A stretch of DNA of 64,000 bases from the human T2T-CHM13v2.0 reference genome, Homo sapiens. The stretch lies in assembly GCF_009914755.1 (NCBI RefSeq), contig NC_060940.1. One strand, 5' to 3'. The translations under genes were made by a program, and so were the position numbers. The notes beneath the pieces are model-generated. The model saw nothing but the letters and a program-made list of their open reading frames with translations, had not been told where the DNA came from and did no database searches. Of the stretch, positions 27,722 to 43,669 are shown piece by piece; position 1 is the stretch's first letter; each line of letters starts with the position of its first letter.

Positions 27722-29973
27722 TGTGTTAATCCGAGTCCAGTCAGGAGAAACTACGCAGTAATTTGCTAACAGGAAAAATGTAGTATACAAGACTTTAACA
27801 AGGAATTGGAGTAGCAGTAGCAGATACAAGGGGAAGTAACTCAGTGAGGACTGACATAGCATGCCCAAGAAAGAACCCCCTTCCTCTCACTATGGTGCCA
27901 TGCCAGTAGGAGTGCAGGAAATCCACCCTCTAAGATACCAGTGAAGGCAGGGCACAGGAGAGGTGTCTCATGGGAGGCACTCGCTACGGAGCTACCAGAG
28001 GGCATGCTGGTAGATGCTGCCAACCACTGGCGAGGTGAGCATTGTAGGTGCCTTGTTGCTGGCAAAGCTGCTGTGCTGCAGGAGACAGCAGACCAGAACT
28101 AAGAAACCAAACCTCTCCTCTTGCACCTTCTATTTACAAAATGTCAGTGCTAGCTGGCGAAGGAAAAAAACCTATAAAGGGCCTAAGTCCATTTTTTTTC
28201 ACAGAGCAATCCAAAAGGGTAAAATTGGAGCTAGAGGAAATAAGTCAGTCATCCGCACAGATCATCCCAACCCTTTGACTACTCACCTTCCATATGTACT
28301 CTTTTGCACGCATTTGTCCGGTACAATGGCAACGCAACTCTGTATTTCTGCTTAACAAGATACAGCTTTCTTTCTTGCAAGTGAAGAAGTGTTCATCCTC
28401 TCTCTAAACTGAGGAGATGAACAGCCCCAAGGGTCATTGTATTCATCACTGGCTATATAATCACCCCAGAAATTCAGTCACAGTTTGTTACCTAAAGACT
28501 GAATTATAAAACCTAACATGTAATAACTTGTGAATAAGGTAAAAACAGGAAAAAAAATGCTTGGCCTATACAAATTAACACATCCATATGAGAAACAATA
28601 GAAAATATGCAAATCTACTACCATTGTTATTTCTGTAATTGCTCGTAAGCCATCATTGGTATCTGTGCCTTCCTCCCTTCACTGCCTATTCTGTACTTAA
28701 CTCACTTTCAGGTTGAACCTCAGCTGCTCTTGGTTCTTTAGCTGGTGGAGTTAAGTAACCCAAACCTTCATTCACAAAGGATCTGAGCCCCCAGTTGTCC
28801 TTGCCTTTTATGGTTGCCATTGTTTTTCATTGGCCTTCACTACTGGGTATGGAAATACTAAGAAGCATCCCAGAGAATCCCCTGGGTTCCCGACAGTCTT
28901 CACTGCCTTCATTTCGTAATCACATCAGTTACCCCAGCCAGTAGACTAGTTTTGTTTGTTTGTTTGTTTGTTTGCCTGCTAGTTCATACCTCAAGGAGTG
29001 CAAAATGTCCCTGTAGCAGTCTTCATCTTCCAGGGCAGTGGAGCCATTGTTGCGGTTTTTGTTGGAAGCGTTTTCTCTCTCAAGGACTAAATTCTCTAAA
29101 TCAGCAGTTGTCAGAACAGAAAGTGAGTGTTCTGTAAGTGGCTCATTAGGTATAATTGTGAGAGAAGCCGCTCGCACTTTCACCTTTTGATTCTCACAAC
29201 TTACAAATTCTAGTAATTGGAGAGACACATACCGCATCCTCCTACGACAGATGCCCACCTTTTTAGGATGTTGTCTCCCAACTTGCTTTGTAACTGATTC
29301 TTTAGTAAGCCTATTAATTTGGTTAGCTACTTTCAGGCAATGGCATATATGGTAAGACCAGTTAATTCCATGGGCATGAACACAGTCCTGTATTTCCTCT
29401 GCTGTGACATGAGCTCCTCAGTAAGACATGATGGCTGTGAAGAGTGCCGATAGTGGAGAAGGCATCCTGTGAGGCTGTGGATAACAGAAGCTTTACAGGC
29501 AACAAAAATCTGTGTCCAGAATGTGAACCTTTTCCTGTTAGGACAAGTTTCTGCCTCCTTCATGGCTCACTGAATGGCACGGAAGTTGCTATGATGTCGT
29601 GCTGGTGGAACCTGTGGGAAATCTGCCCTCTAGAGTCCTGGGAAAAGGCATTCATGGAGAGGTATCTCACCGGAGACACTGCAGCACAACTGTGATGTAA
29701 GAGGGAGGGGAATGCTGGGAGAAGCTCCCACAGAGTGCTGCTGACCCACCAGGCAATGGAGAAGCTGCAAGGGCTGCCCATGCCTACCAAGTCCACATGC
29801 TGGCCCAGGAAGCAACACCCTTCCTCTTGCCCTGTCTCTCGAGCTCCCTCTTCTGACAAAGCCTCAGTACCAGCTGGCTAAGGAAAAAATGTAAAGAGTC
29901 CAGATATATTTTCATAGAGCAGTCAAAAAGGGTGAATTTGGAGCTGAGAGACAATAAATCAATAAATGGTCAT
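27722..29973 (-). mobile_element. Degenerate ERVL-family provirus remnant: two LTR-like direct repeats around internal pol/dUTPase relic
   Basis: Homologous ends at 28145-28259 and 29865-29973; minus-strand ORF 28929-29258 resembles ERV-L pol C-terminus/dUTPase. Confidence 0.7.
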
Positions 29974-30477
29974 TATTTGAGTTAAGAAATACAGGAATAG
30001 CAGGCTTGATAGATACTGCGTTTGAAGGTGCTCTGAAAACCACCTGGTCCAGTAAACAGTCGAAAATCTGGATGTGAAGCTCAGAATAGATGGGGCTGGT
30101 GATATGAAGTGTAATTAATTAGATGTGGATGATAGTGTAAGCTATAGGAATAGTTTGACTAGAGAGAGTTGGAGGATAATGGACCGAAGACAGTCCTGGG
30201 GAATAATGGCATTTAGGGGAGTGATCCTAAGCAGAAGTGGGACAAGTTAGAGTAGAATAATTTTTCAGACGCCAAGTGAGTACAGAGTTTTGAAAAGAAA
30301 AAACTGATTGTCAGGGAATGGATTTGACAGTGGGGCTCAGGGGTAGTCATTGGTAACTAATGGACCTTACTGGAGGACTGGTGGACTGAGGGGAGATTGC
30401 CACATTTGAGTTTCTTTTTAAAGGGATGCAGAAGTGTTGGAGAATGGTTTGTGGAAAAAATGTAACATGCTACTCTC

Positions 30478-30718
<241 letters not shown>

Positions 30719-31210
30719 GCTACTACTCTTTCAAAAGGTATTTGCATAGGCAAAAATAATGTGAATTATCAAGAAGGAACAGCTTGGAGAGAGACTTAGG
30801 AGAACTGGTTGGAATTGGTTACAGGATTAGATGAAGAGAGTGGGGGAAAGAGTTCACAATGGCTAGCTTAGTTGTTATCAGTGAATTATGACATCTTAAC
30901 AGGGAGAGAGAACAGAGGAGGGAGCTGTGGTAAGGATTATTGACATTCAAGAGAGGGCTCTTAAACAACTGTGAAAGGTGGATTTTTTAAATACCAGATT
31001 CATGACTGGAACAGTACTTCTTAGCTACTTTAAGAATTGTTTTCCTTTTCCACTTACCTGGAATGAGAGTAGTAAAGGTAAGTATTATGGTGGTGGCAGA
31101 CATCTCAAAGAACAGCAGTTGCAAAGAAATGATGGATGAGATTTGAGGATTGAGAAAACGTCAAGAATGAGGAATAGGGAGATGAAAACCTGTGTTAACA
31201 GTGACAATGA

Positions 31211-31500
31211 GGCCGGGCACAGTGGCTCATGACTGTGATCCCAGCACTTCAGGAGGCCGAGGTGGACAGATGACTTGAGGTCAGGAGTTGGAGACCGCTT
31301 GGGCAACATGGTGAAGCCTTGTCTCTACAAAAAAATGCAAAAATTAGCTGGGGGTGGTGGTACATACCTCTGGGCCCAGCTACTCAGGAAGCTGAGGTGA
31401 GAGGATTGCTTGGGCCGGGGAGGCACAGGCTGCAGTGAGCCAAGATTGTGCCACTACGCTCCAGCCTGGGCAGCAGAGCCAGACACTGTCTCAAAAAAAA
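31211..31500 (+). mobile_element. Alu (J-like), sense
   Basis: TSD gtgacaatg. Confidence 0.9.
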
Positions 31501-32080
31501 GTGACAATGGGACATCGAAATGGATGTGCTTTAGCAGGCAGGTAAAAATGTGGGACTGAGCTCAGTTGTGAAGTCTAAGCAACATGTTTATATTTGGGCA
31601 TCACTTGAATGGGAGTGACTGCTGATACCCTGATAGTGAATGAAGTCTAAGGAAAGCAAGTTTACAGAGAGAGTCAAAAGACTGAGACCCTGAGTCTACT
31701 TTGTCAGCCGCAGAGTATCCCAGCATTGAAGAAGCACCCGAGGTGAGCTCAGCATGGGTAGAGGAAGAGAAACCAGAATGGACAGATGGTGAGGAGGGGT
31801 GGTAGAGAGCATTGTCCACTTTTAAAAGATTTGTTGAAATAGAGCAGTAGCTTTTGGGCCGGAGCTGGCTATATCCAGCAAAGATTTTGCAGGAAAAAAG
31901 TTTCCAGGAGAGAAGATCATTTTTTATTGCAGAGCAGTCAGAATGAGGAGAGGAGCAGACAGAGCAAAGCCTAAGAGAGGGGAAGATGTTACCCTGTCTG
32001 GTGTCCAGTTTCCTCATCTGCTAAAAGGGCGATAACAGTAGAGTTACAAACATTAAATTAGTACACATAAAGCATTCATA

Positions 32081-32903
<823 letters not shown>

Positions 32904-33120
32904 TCAAGTTAATTATTTCAGTAAAATAACAGTATCTCCTAATTGCGACTTCATTTGTGAGGAATGCAAAATTTATGAAATGGAAGTGTATTTTTCACAT
33001 ACCCTTGTCTTGGCTGAAGTCATTTCAGTTTGGAAAGTGAGTGTTTTGCTTTTGTTGTAAATTTATCTGAAACCAATTGGGTTGTCTTCCTGTTTGATAA
33101 CAGTCTCCTGCCTTTATTAG

Positions 33121-33263
33121 GAATGTTACAAGACAAACGAATGGAGATAGATAAACATAGCCTAAATATTGGTGATTACAATCGAACGGTCGGGAAAGGC
33201 CCTGGTTCTCGGCCTCAGATTTCCAAAGAGTCTTCCATGGAGCGCAATCCTTATTTTGATAAG
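33121..33263 (+). CDS. TNRC6A: TNRC6A exon 12, with an NES-like segment [10 protein letters not shown]
   Basis: attag|GAATG and AAG|gtaagg; 143 nt. Confidence 0.93.
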
Positions 33264-33648
33264 GTAAGGTTTTTTACTTTTACCTCTGACTTGATAAACC
33301 AGTATACTTCATAGCGTAATTTTCACACTAATATTTTAAAACCTTTTATATAATATAAAGTGTTACAATCCACTACCAAATCTTATTACTGGATTTTGAA
33401 GTTCACTGTCTTTTTATGTCTCAATTTATCATAGAGGTTGCATTTATATTTTTCTTCTTAATCCCATGAAATATGTTTGGCTCTTTTTGTGTGCTCTAGA
33501 ATTAACACTAATCCGATCTCTTCTGTTTTCTACCTGTTTCCTGTTGATGCTGGAATGTCATGTGACTTCTCTTCTGTTCCTGCAATGATTTCTCCCTTCC
33601 ACTTGTTTGCTTGGCTGGTGTTGCACATCTTTCTGTCTGTCCAATCAG

Positions 33649-33795
33649 GATGGCATTGTAGCAGATGAATCCCAAAACATGCAGTTTATGTCCAGTCAAA
33701 GCATGAAGCTTCCCCCTTCAAATAGTGCACTACCTAACCAGGCCCTTGGCTCCATAGCAGGGCTGGGTATGCAAAACTTGAATTCTGTTAGACAG
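33649..33795 (+). CDS. TNRC6A: TNRC6A exon 13
   Basis: atcag|GAT and CAG|gtaagt; 147 nt, phase 0-0. Confidence 0.92.
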
Positions 33796-33957
33796 GTAAG
33801 TCCAGATGTGTATTTTAGGCTCTCAGTTGAATGATTTGTATTAGTAATAAGATCTCTCTTACATGTAGTTACTGTGTTTAAATCATAGTACAGTGTGGTA
33901 ATGAGATGTTTGTCCCTAAAGAATCCCACTGTTACTTGTTGCTGTTTGTTTTTATAG

Positions 33958-34095
33958 AATGGCAATCCCAGTATGTTTGGTGTTGGAAACACAGCAGCAC
34001 AACCCCGGGGCATGCAGCAGCCTCCAGCACAACCTCTTAGTTCATCTCAGCCTAATCTCCGTGCTCAAGTGCCTCCTCCATTACTCTCCCCTCAG
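33958..34095 (+). CDS. TNRC6A: TNRC6A exon 14
   Basis: tatag|AAT and CAG|gtaaat; 138 nt. Confidence 0.93.
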
Positions 34096-34548
34096 GTAAA
34101 TAAGCTTTCCTTACATTCTCCTGTTTACCTGCAAAAAGGATCTTGCATGATTTTGTATTTGAATAAAATGGCTAACTAAGCATTATCATATTTATTGGCA
34201 TCTTTGAGATTCAGCTAGTTTTGAATTAACTATTAAAAAAGGTTGTAGTAAGGAAAAGTCAAGGATAATTTAAATCCAAAATTTACCATTTTCTTCTTTA
34301 AAACATTCTTGAGAGTAGGACAAAAGCAAAGTAAAATTGACTAGTTTAAGATGCACCTCTGTCATCTTTTACTTAACCCACGAAAAAGTGTAAGTGAGTG
34401 GTCAGTTAGTAAGACAGAGACAAAGACTATAACCCCCAATGAATAGTCCACAAATTTAACTGCTCTATTGACAACTGAAAACACACAGTACGTGTAGTTA
34501 GTGTGAGTTATTTTATCAAGATCATTAACTTACCATTGTGATCCTAAG

Positions 34549-34677
34549 GTTCCAGTTTCATTGCTGAAGTATGCACCAAACAACGGTGGCCTGAATCCAC
34601 TCTTTGGCCCTCAACAGGTAGCCATGCTGAACCAGCTATCCCAGCTAAACCAGCTTTCTCAGATCTCCCAGTTACAG
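34549..34677 (+). CDS. TNRC6A: TNRC6A exon 15: Q-rich region ([17 protein letters not shown])
   Basis: ctaag|GTT and CAG|gtaagc; 129 nt. Confidence 0.92.
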
Positions 34678-35149
34678 GTAAGCAGAGTCATAGTCTTTCT
34701 TAGTACACATTTATGGAGCATCTACTGTATGCCAAACACTAGACTCTGTGCGGGACATAGTGCACTAAACAAAACAGGCGTAGTCATAGTCCTCATGGAG
34801 CTTACAGTCTATCGGGGGAGACAGATCGTGAACATTTGTGAAGAATGTCTTGAAGAAGTGCAGAATGCTGTGAGAGGAAACCTCAGCCAAGTCCAGGGTG
34901 CTAGTGTTAGTAGGATGATTAGGAAAAGTTTCTCTGTTGAAGTGAAAGTTTAGATTGAACTAAAGACTGAATTTCAGCAGTGACTAGAAACCAGAGAGTC
35001 CAAGGAAGAGATGGTACTAGATAATGCTAGACATGTTGGCATTGGCTAGATCACGTCGTGCCTCTGTAGGTCCATCTGCTGTCGTCATTTGGAAGCACAC
35101 ACTTTGTAATGGTGTGATAGTAACAACCTTTTCGCTATCTTTCCTCTAG

Positions 35150-35227
35150 CGATTGTTAGCGCAGCAGCAAAGGGCGCAGAGTCAGAGAAGCGTGCCTTCT
35201 GGGAACCGGCCGCAGCAAGACCAGCAG
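35150..35227 (+). CDS. TNRC6A: TNRC6A exon 16
   Basis: tctag|CGA and CAG|gtagag; 78 nt; [26 protein letters not shown]. Confidence 0.92.
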
Positions 35228-35517
35228 GTAGAGCCCGCCCTGCAACTCGCAATGCTGTCTTTGTGTTAATAAACTCTGCTTATCTCCATTGTAGCAAGAG
35301 ATTCAGAAATGTCTTTCTTAAAACAATCTTACTAAGATGTAATGCAGTATGTTTTTCATTAAGTCTGCTGGTTGCCCATGAGTTATGTGAACATTATACA
35401 GTGATTATTCACCTTTCTGCTGAGACGAAAGTGAATTCAAAAATGGAGAGGAATATGTAGTTTTCTGTAAAGACGTTTTCCCCCAGTAATTTTTTCCAAT
35501 CATTTCATTGTTTTAAG

Positions 35518-35728
35518 GGTCGACCTCTTAGTGTGCAGCAGCAAATGATGCAACAATCTCGTCAACTTGATCCAAACCTGTTGGTGAAGCAGCAGACTCC
35601 ACCATCTCAGCAGCAGCCACTCCATCAGCCAGCCATGAAGTCTTTCCTTGACAATGTCATGCCCCACACTACACCTGAGCTGCAAAAAGGGCCATCACCA
35701 ATAAATGCTTTCAGCAACTTCCCTATAG
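35518..35728 (+). CDS. TNRC6A: TNRC6A exon 17
   Basis: ttaag|GGT and TAG|gtgggt; 211 nt. Confidence 0.92.
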
Positions 35729-35842
35729 GTGGGTTTCTCCTTGGCCCAAGTATTGGACTGATGCTTAGGTATCACAGGCGTGCCTCCTTCACACGTACCC
35801 TTACAGCTCTGTTCCTTCATGAAAGCTACATTGATCTCTTAG

Positions 35843-36285
<443 letters not shown>

Positions 36286-37287
36286 TAAAGTGCATTAGAA
36301 TAAAGGAAACATTTCACTTTTTAAAGGACTAGCTGTCTTAATCTTAAGTAGGATATTAAGGGTGGGAAGGAAGGCTGATGTTCTTATTAGAAACAGTACA
36401 CCAGAGAATTTTTGAGCAGTGCTGTTTTGGTGAAACAGCTGGGGATGGTCACAGTCACATTTGCTAGCTCTCAGAACTTGAAGTTTTAACTACTGTCTAA
36501 CTATGTATAAATGATTACTGATATAAATTTAAAAATGGGGGTAAGAAAGGAGATTGCCTTTCTTATACATGCAACTCCCCACCCCCACCCACTCTTTTTT
36601 CTCTGTTATCTCCAGGCTTTTATTCACTGGGTAGAGATTTTGAGCTTATATGTTGTTTCTTTCCTAGGTCTCTTTTTTTCTTGTGCCCTTGATTATATTT
36701 TAACCATTGATTGTTCATGCCCTGTTTATTTTGCTTTTTTTCTCTCTCTTTTCCTATACAGTGGTTTCTTGTAAACCAGCTTTGCTGGTTGTTAGCCAGA
36801 GTGTTTGAAGACCATCAGTTAACTAGTTGTTCTGGGCTGTGGGCAGAGGCTGGGGCATGCTGTTGCCCCTGCTGCTGCCTCACTCTGTGACTGAACTGGT
36901 TTGGCTCAGCCTGGTATTACCACAGACTCTCACCTGGGACATAAATTGTACTTTGAGTCCTTAGGATTGTTAGTGATCTCTGCATTTCCAAAAACAGTTC
37001 CCTTGTCAGTTACTACTGTGGGTGAATACTGAAGAAGCCATTTAGTGGTGGCCAGGTGATGTCAGAGACAACAGTTAGTAGTAAAAGAATGATACCCAAG
37101 TACAGGGAGAAGTTTTTGTCTCATCAGTGAAGGGAGCTGGCTCTTCCTATTTGACTGCACACTTGACATATAAATTGGCCACATAAGTTCTAAGCATAGG
37201 ATTTCCTGCCCTGGCCAGCTTCTCAGTGAGGGATACTTCTTGATTAAGAAAGTCTGCTTAGCCCATGCAAATACCAATACAGTTATC

Positions 37288-37501
37288 TAAGTTCGGCAAC
37301 AGGCTATGGCCTGTTGGCCAAATTTGGCCCACTGCCTGCTGTTGTAAGGTTTTGTTGGACACAGCCACATTTTCTCTAACCTGGGGTCTGTGGCTGCTTT
37401 CGTGCTGCACCAGCAGAGTTGCATGGAGACACCGGGACCATGTGGCCCACAGAGCCTGAGATACCGGCTGAACCTCTGCAGAAAAAAATTGTCAACTCCT
37501 G
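37288..37501 (+). mobile_element. MER58A-like MITE
   Basis: ggccaaatttggcccactgcctg...acacagccaca...gtcaactcctg. Confidence 0.7.
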
Positions 37502-38293
37502 ATCCGATTGATGGGTCCAAGAGTAGCAAATTTAATTGCTCTCTGCAAAAATACGCATGGTATTAGAGAATTTGTATTATTAAAGTTTTCAGGTTTGACA
37601 GACCTTAACATCACATGGACTCATCAGACCAGAGAATTTAAAACAATTTAATTTGGAACTTTAGAATAAGAACCTCTTGGGAATTGTGAAACAAAGATTC
37701 TGGCTCCCACTGGAAAGTCTTCATTTTTAAACAAGCGTTTTAGGTGATTCTAATATTAATAGTCCCTAGATTACTCTTTTAAGAAAAACTAGCTTAATAG
37801 TTTTCTGACCACTGTATCTAAGGTTGAAATTTCCATTCTTGTTCCAAGAGAATATCCAAGTCTGAGGGGCCTCATCAGCAAAGGTCAAGTAAATTGTGCC
37901 TTAAGATATATCTGTCCCCAGCCTAGGTGTAATTGCTAGTACAGGACATTTTTACTTTAGAATTTGCAAGCAAAAGATAGCAACTGAAAGTGACCACAGA
38001 TCTTCATGCATAGGTACACTTGGGAAATAGCTAAACAGATACATTTTATTCCAAGTAAACTTATACATCTGGCTTCCTTAAAACTTTTCTCCCTCTTATT
38101 TTGCCAAGGAGTTTTAAATAAATCATCAAAATTTTATGGAGAAATATTTTCTACGTATAACTAAATTATAGTATTAACAGTTATGTGGTTTGAAAACATT
38201 AGTTACATGTTTTTCTAGGAAATAGAAGTTGTGCTACTAGAAAGAAAATGTGCTGTATTTTCTAAGGTTTTGTTTTGTTTTTTAATTTTTCAG

Positions 38294-38425
38294 GCTTGAA
38301 CTCAAACTTGAATGTAAATATGGATATGAACAGTATTAAAGAGCCACAGTCAAGACTAAGGAAGTGGACGACAGTGGACAGCATTTCTGTGAACACATCT
38401 TTGGATCAAAACTCCAGCAAACATG
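38294..38425 (+). CDS. TNRC6A: TNRC6A exon 18: CIM-1 motif QSRLRKW (CCR4-NOT binding)
   Basis: ttcag|GC and ATG|gtacaa; 132 nt. Confidence 0.92.
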
Positions 38426-38777
38426 GTACAAAAGATACATCTTACCAAAAAAAAAAAAAAACACACACACCTGCAGAATACTAGATTTAGGCCTTTATTT
38501 TATTTTAAATGTGTTTTCAAAGCCAAATTATCTTAGAACTTTTCCTCATTTAAAAAAAGTTGTTATTAAGTCTTAGTTACAATAAGAGACTTTCAGATGA
38601 AAAGCAGAATTTACCTCTACTCTGTTTTATAAAGGAGAGATCAGATGATACATGTTTAAAAATTATTTTCTCTTTGGCTTTTTACATTTTTCTAAGTGAT
38701 TTTATTCTTATATTATTACACTTATTAACATTTACTGGATTTAATTTGATATGTTCTTAGGACATTTAAAACTTCTA

Positions 38778-39056
38778 CCAGGGTCCCATTCCGTCACCCA
38801 GGCTGGAATGCATTGGCATGATCTCAGCTCACTGAAAACTCTGCTCCCGGGTTCAAGCAGTTCTCCTACCTCAGCCTCCTGAGTAGCTGGGATTACAGGC
38901 CTGAGCCACCATGCCCGGCTAATTTTTGTATTTTTAGTAGAGACAGGGTTTCATCATGCTGGCCAGGCTGGTCTCAAACTCCTGACCTCAGGTGATCCAT
39001 CTGCCTTGGTCTCCCAAAGTGCTGCGATTACAGGTGTGAACTACTGCACCTGGCCC
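38778..39056 (-). mobile_element. Alu, antisense, tail missing
   Basis: Reverse Alu body with no T-run. Confidence 0.85.
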
Positions 39057-40957
39057 ATAATTTTATTTCTATCAATTCCTTATATATGGACACATTTCTT
39101 TATATAGCTTATTGCTATGTGTAAGTCATATGGATTTAACAGTATTGTCTTTTCAGCAATTAAATTTTTTTTAGAAATGCCGTTTTCATCTTATTTAGTA
39201 TTATCCATTCACCCAGCAAATATTAATCGAGTATCTTCTGCTTTCCAAGGCTATGTTAGCACCTGGAATACATAGACACAATGTACATACATGCTTACAG
39301 TTGAATGTATGTATGTATGTATATACGTAAAATTACTTGCCCTGGAATTGTTCATTGTGAACGAAAGTATGTCAGCAGCTTTAGTACAATATAATAGGTA
39401 ATATCAAAGTTAATATTTATAATAGTTTAATAATACCAAGTTCCTTAGGAGCATTGAGTCAGGAATAACTGCAGGTGTGGTGGGTCTAGAAAGGTGAAAA
39501 AGACTTACCTTGAGAAGAGTAAGTTTACCACACAAACAGGAAGAGCAACCAAGAAAGAATAGTGCATGCAGGGTTCAAAGAGGACTGCCTGGTGAATTCT
39601 GTATCTCGGCATATCTGGGGGTGAAGGTGCAAATGACAGAAAAGAGGTAGATGAAGATGGAATAGTAGGTGTGGTGCAAATCATGGAAAACTTGTGCCAA
39701 GAATGATTTTAAACATGAAAATGATGGGTGCCTAGAGGCAGTTAAGACTTAAAGTAGTCTAGGTAAGAGAGAGAAAGGTCAGTGGACATGAGAGGGAGTA
39801 CACTGCAAGAGAGTTTCAAAAATTAAAAGCAGAAAAGCTTGGTAACTCACTTAACTCATTCTTTCATTCAGCAGTGTAAGCCTGAAACACTTGCATAACT
39901 GATCAGCTAGTCAGTCTCCAGCCCTCTCCAGACAGACCCCTCAGAGGTCAGACAAATACAGGACGGACCCGAGTCGCAGGCAGAAAAGAATAGGTGTTCG
40001 CCGTAAATCATATCATTAGAGTGGCCTAGGTGTAAGGCATGCAGAGGCACTCTTAGCTGGCAGAGTAGTCCATGGGCTTGGAGGAGCACAGGAGCTGAAC
40101 AGGCGACGGTCCTGGCACACTTTGGAATGTGCAATCCAGTCTGCCATGCTAACCCTTAGCTGCACACTGCACACCTACAGTAAGAAAAGTCTGATTTGTT
40201 AAGGGGAGTGGAGGCAAGGACATTTGACTAGGAAGTTCTGCATTACAGAAGGGTTAAACTGGATGTCTCAGATACTCTATGGGCCTAAGATTCTGTGACT
40301 TCCAGGCAGTTTATAAAATCCCTTCATCTCAGCACCCAGACGGATTTGGTGACATGTATAGAAGGAGATTTTTTATTTTAGCCTTGGTTGGAGGCAGTTG
40401 GGCAAGGCTTCTAGGAGGCCTGTGATCTCTGAAGCTGAGATATGAAAGATAAACAGAAGTCAGGCAGGCAGAGGTGAAGGGAGGGGAAACGATGAGAGAT
40501 GGAGCGGGGCTAGAATTTTAAGAGCCTTATAAACTTGAAGAATTTGAACATTGCCTTTTGTATGTTGGAGAGTACTAAGCCAGGAGATGACATGATCAGA
40601 TTTGCACTTTCGAATGATGCCTCTGGGTGCAGTGTGGAGAATTGGAGTAGATCTAGTATAGTCATTATCCAGGAGCTGTGGAGGAAGTGGAATTGACAGG
40701 GCTTGGTGATTCTAGCTTAAGCAGCCTCAAATGTATGATTGCTAGTAAAATGATATTTTTGTGACATTCTTTTTTTTCTATTGAATTTTACTTTGAAAGT
40801 TTATTAACTAAACTTTAGGGTCAGATTTCTAGATTGTACACATTGGACTAATGATTTTCAGAAATTAAAATTGTCGTGTAATAGAAGGAACCGCTAGACC
40901 ATAAACCAAACAGACCTTTGATTCTAAGTTCGTTTGCCGTTCAGGGGAATGTCACTT

Positions 40958-40962
<5 letters not shown>

Positions 40963-41025
<63 letters not shown>

Positions 41026-41310
41026 AGACAGAGTCTCACTCGGTCACCCAGGCTGGAGTGCAGTGATGCAAATCTCTGCTCACTGCAACCCTCGTCTCTG
41101 GGATTCAAGTGGTTCTCGTGCCTCAGCCTCCTGAGTATAGCTGGGATTACAGGTGTGTGTCACCACACCCGGCTAATTTTTGTAATTTTAGTAGAGACAG
41201 GGTTTCACCATGTTGGCCAGGCTGGTCTCGTTCTCCTGAACTCAGGTGATCTGCCTGCCTCAGCCTGCCAAAGTGCTGAGATTATAGGCGTTAGCCACCA
41301 GGCCCAGCCC
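40963..41310 (-). mobile_element. Alu (S-like), antisense, with a T62 tail
   Basis: Pure T run at 40963-41024 followed by a reverse Alu body. Confidence 0.92.
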
Positions 41311-41426
41311 GGAATTTTTCTGACCTGAAGAGAGAGAACAGGGAGTTGAGACAATGGGGAAATGGCAAAATAAATATGAATCCTAGGTTCGAGACCTAGC
41401 TCTGCTACTAATTGACTCTGTTATTC

Positions 41427-41751
41427 CAGTCATGCACCACTTAATGGCAATGTTTCAGTAAACAATGGGCCATATATCCAGTAGTGGGTCCATTGAGCTT
41501 ATAATACCATGTTTTATTGTACCTTTCCTGTTTAGCTATGTTTAGATACACCCTTCTGTTACAGTTGCCTACATTACTCAGTACAGTAACACACTGTAGG
41601 TTTGTAGCCTAGGAGCAGTAGGCTAGGCCATAGGGCTCTGCTGTGTAGTGGGCTCTACCATCTAGGTTTGTGTAAGGGCACTCTGATGTTCACACAAAAA
41701 TGAAATTGCCTAGTTTCTCCAAGTGTAGCCCTGTTAAGTGACACGTGAGTG
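41427..41751. mobile_element. Tigger3a-like MITE within a MIR
   Basis: cagtcatgcaccacttaa...ttaagtgacacgtgagtg ends; internal gtagcctaggagcagtaggcta. Confidence 0.7.
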
Positions 41752-41773
41752 CAATTAGCTACTTGGCAAGTAA

Positions 41774-42480
<707 letters not shown>

Positions 42481-43224
42481 GCCCTCTTGGGATGTTTTGA
42501 GGATGAATGAGACGATGCATCTCAGGCACTTAGGTGCTGGAACAGGGTTAGACACATCAGTCAGTGGTCAGCAGATCATAGCCATCATTGCCATTACTGC
42601 CTTCATCACTATCTCATCAGATACCCTACCTCCAAGACAAATATTCTCCACTGTACATTTAGCTCTGTTTGCTTAAACTGAACCTGTCACGTAGGTTTTA
42701 CATTTCATTTTGCTGATGTTCCCCTTGTGTTGATTAATGAAATAAAATTGCACCCTTGCTGCCTCGTTATATCATCTGTTTCTCTTAGATGAAATGAAGT
42801 TTTCATAAGTGGAAATTGTTCTTACTAGAAAAAAATATATAATTACGTTTATCATCTCAGGTGTAAGAATTAATCACTTGAAATGTGGCAGTTATGCTTT
42901 CCTCATGTATCCTGTACAGCCATTACTTCATTTATGTCCCATTTCACTCCCAAGTGACTTTAATTCTGCTTATAGAACAGATGCATAGTTCACACAGATC
43001 AGAGTGACAAGATTGAGGATGCCAGAGCCAGAGGGGAAATGGAAGCAGTGGAGACACACTGAGTCAGGGATAGGTCAGTGCCCACCAGCGAGAGGTGTGA
43101 GGCCCTGTCAGGGACCAGCTCCATCATCCCTGAGTTACCCATGTGGATGCTGGCACACTGTGACTTGAAGCCAGAGGAAAGAGTGGGGCTGGAGTGGCAT
43201 GCAGGGCCCGGCTGTGTGTTATAG

Positions 43225-43669
<445 letters not shown>

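Noticed and set aside
34520-34548. U12-like branch sequence TCATTAAC before exon 15
   Set aside because: The upstream donor is U2-type (gtaaat), not GTATCCT.
38426-38484. Truncated isoform by read-through into intron 18 with an A-run
   Set aside because: No canonical poly(A) signal nearby; the genomic A15 would explain any cDNA ends by internal priming.
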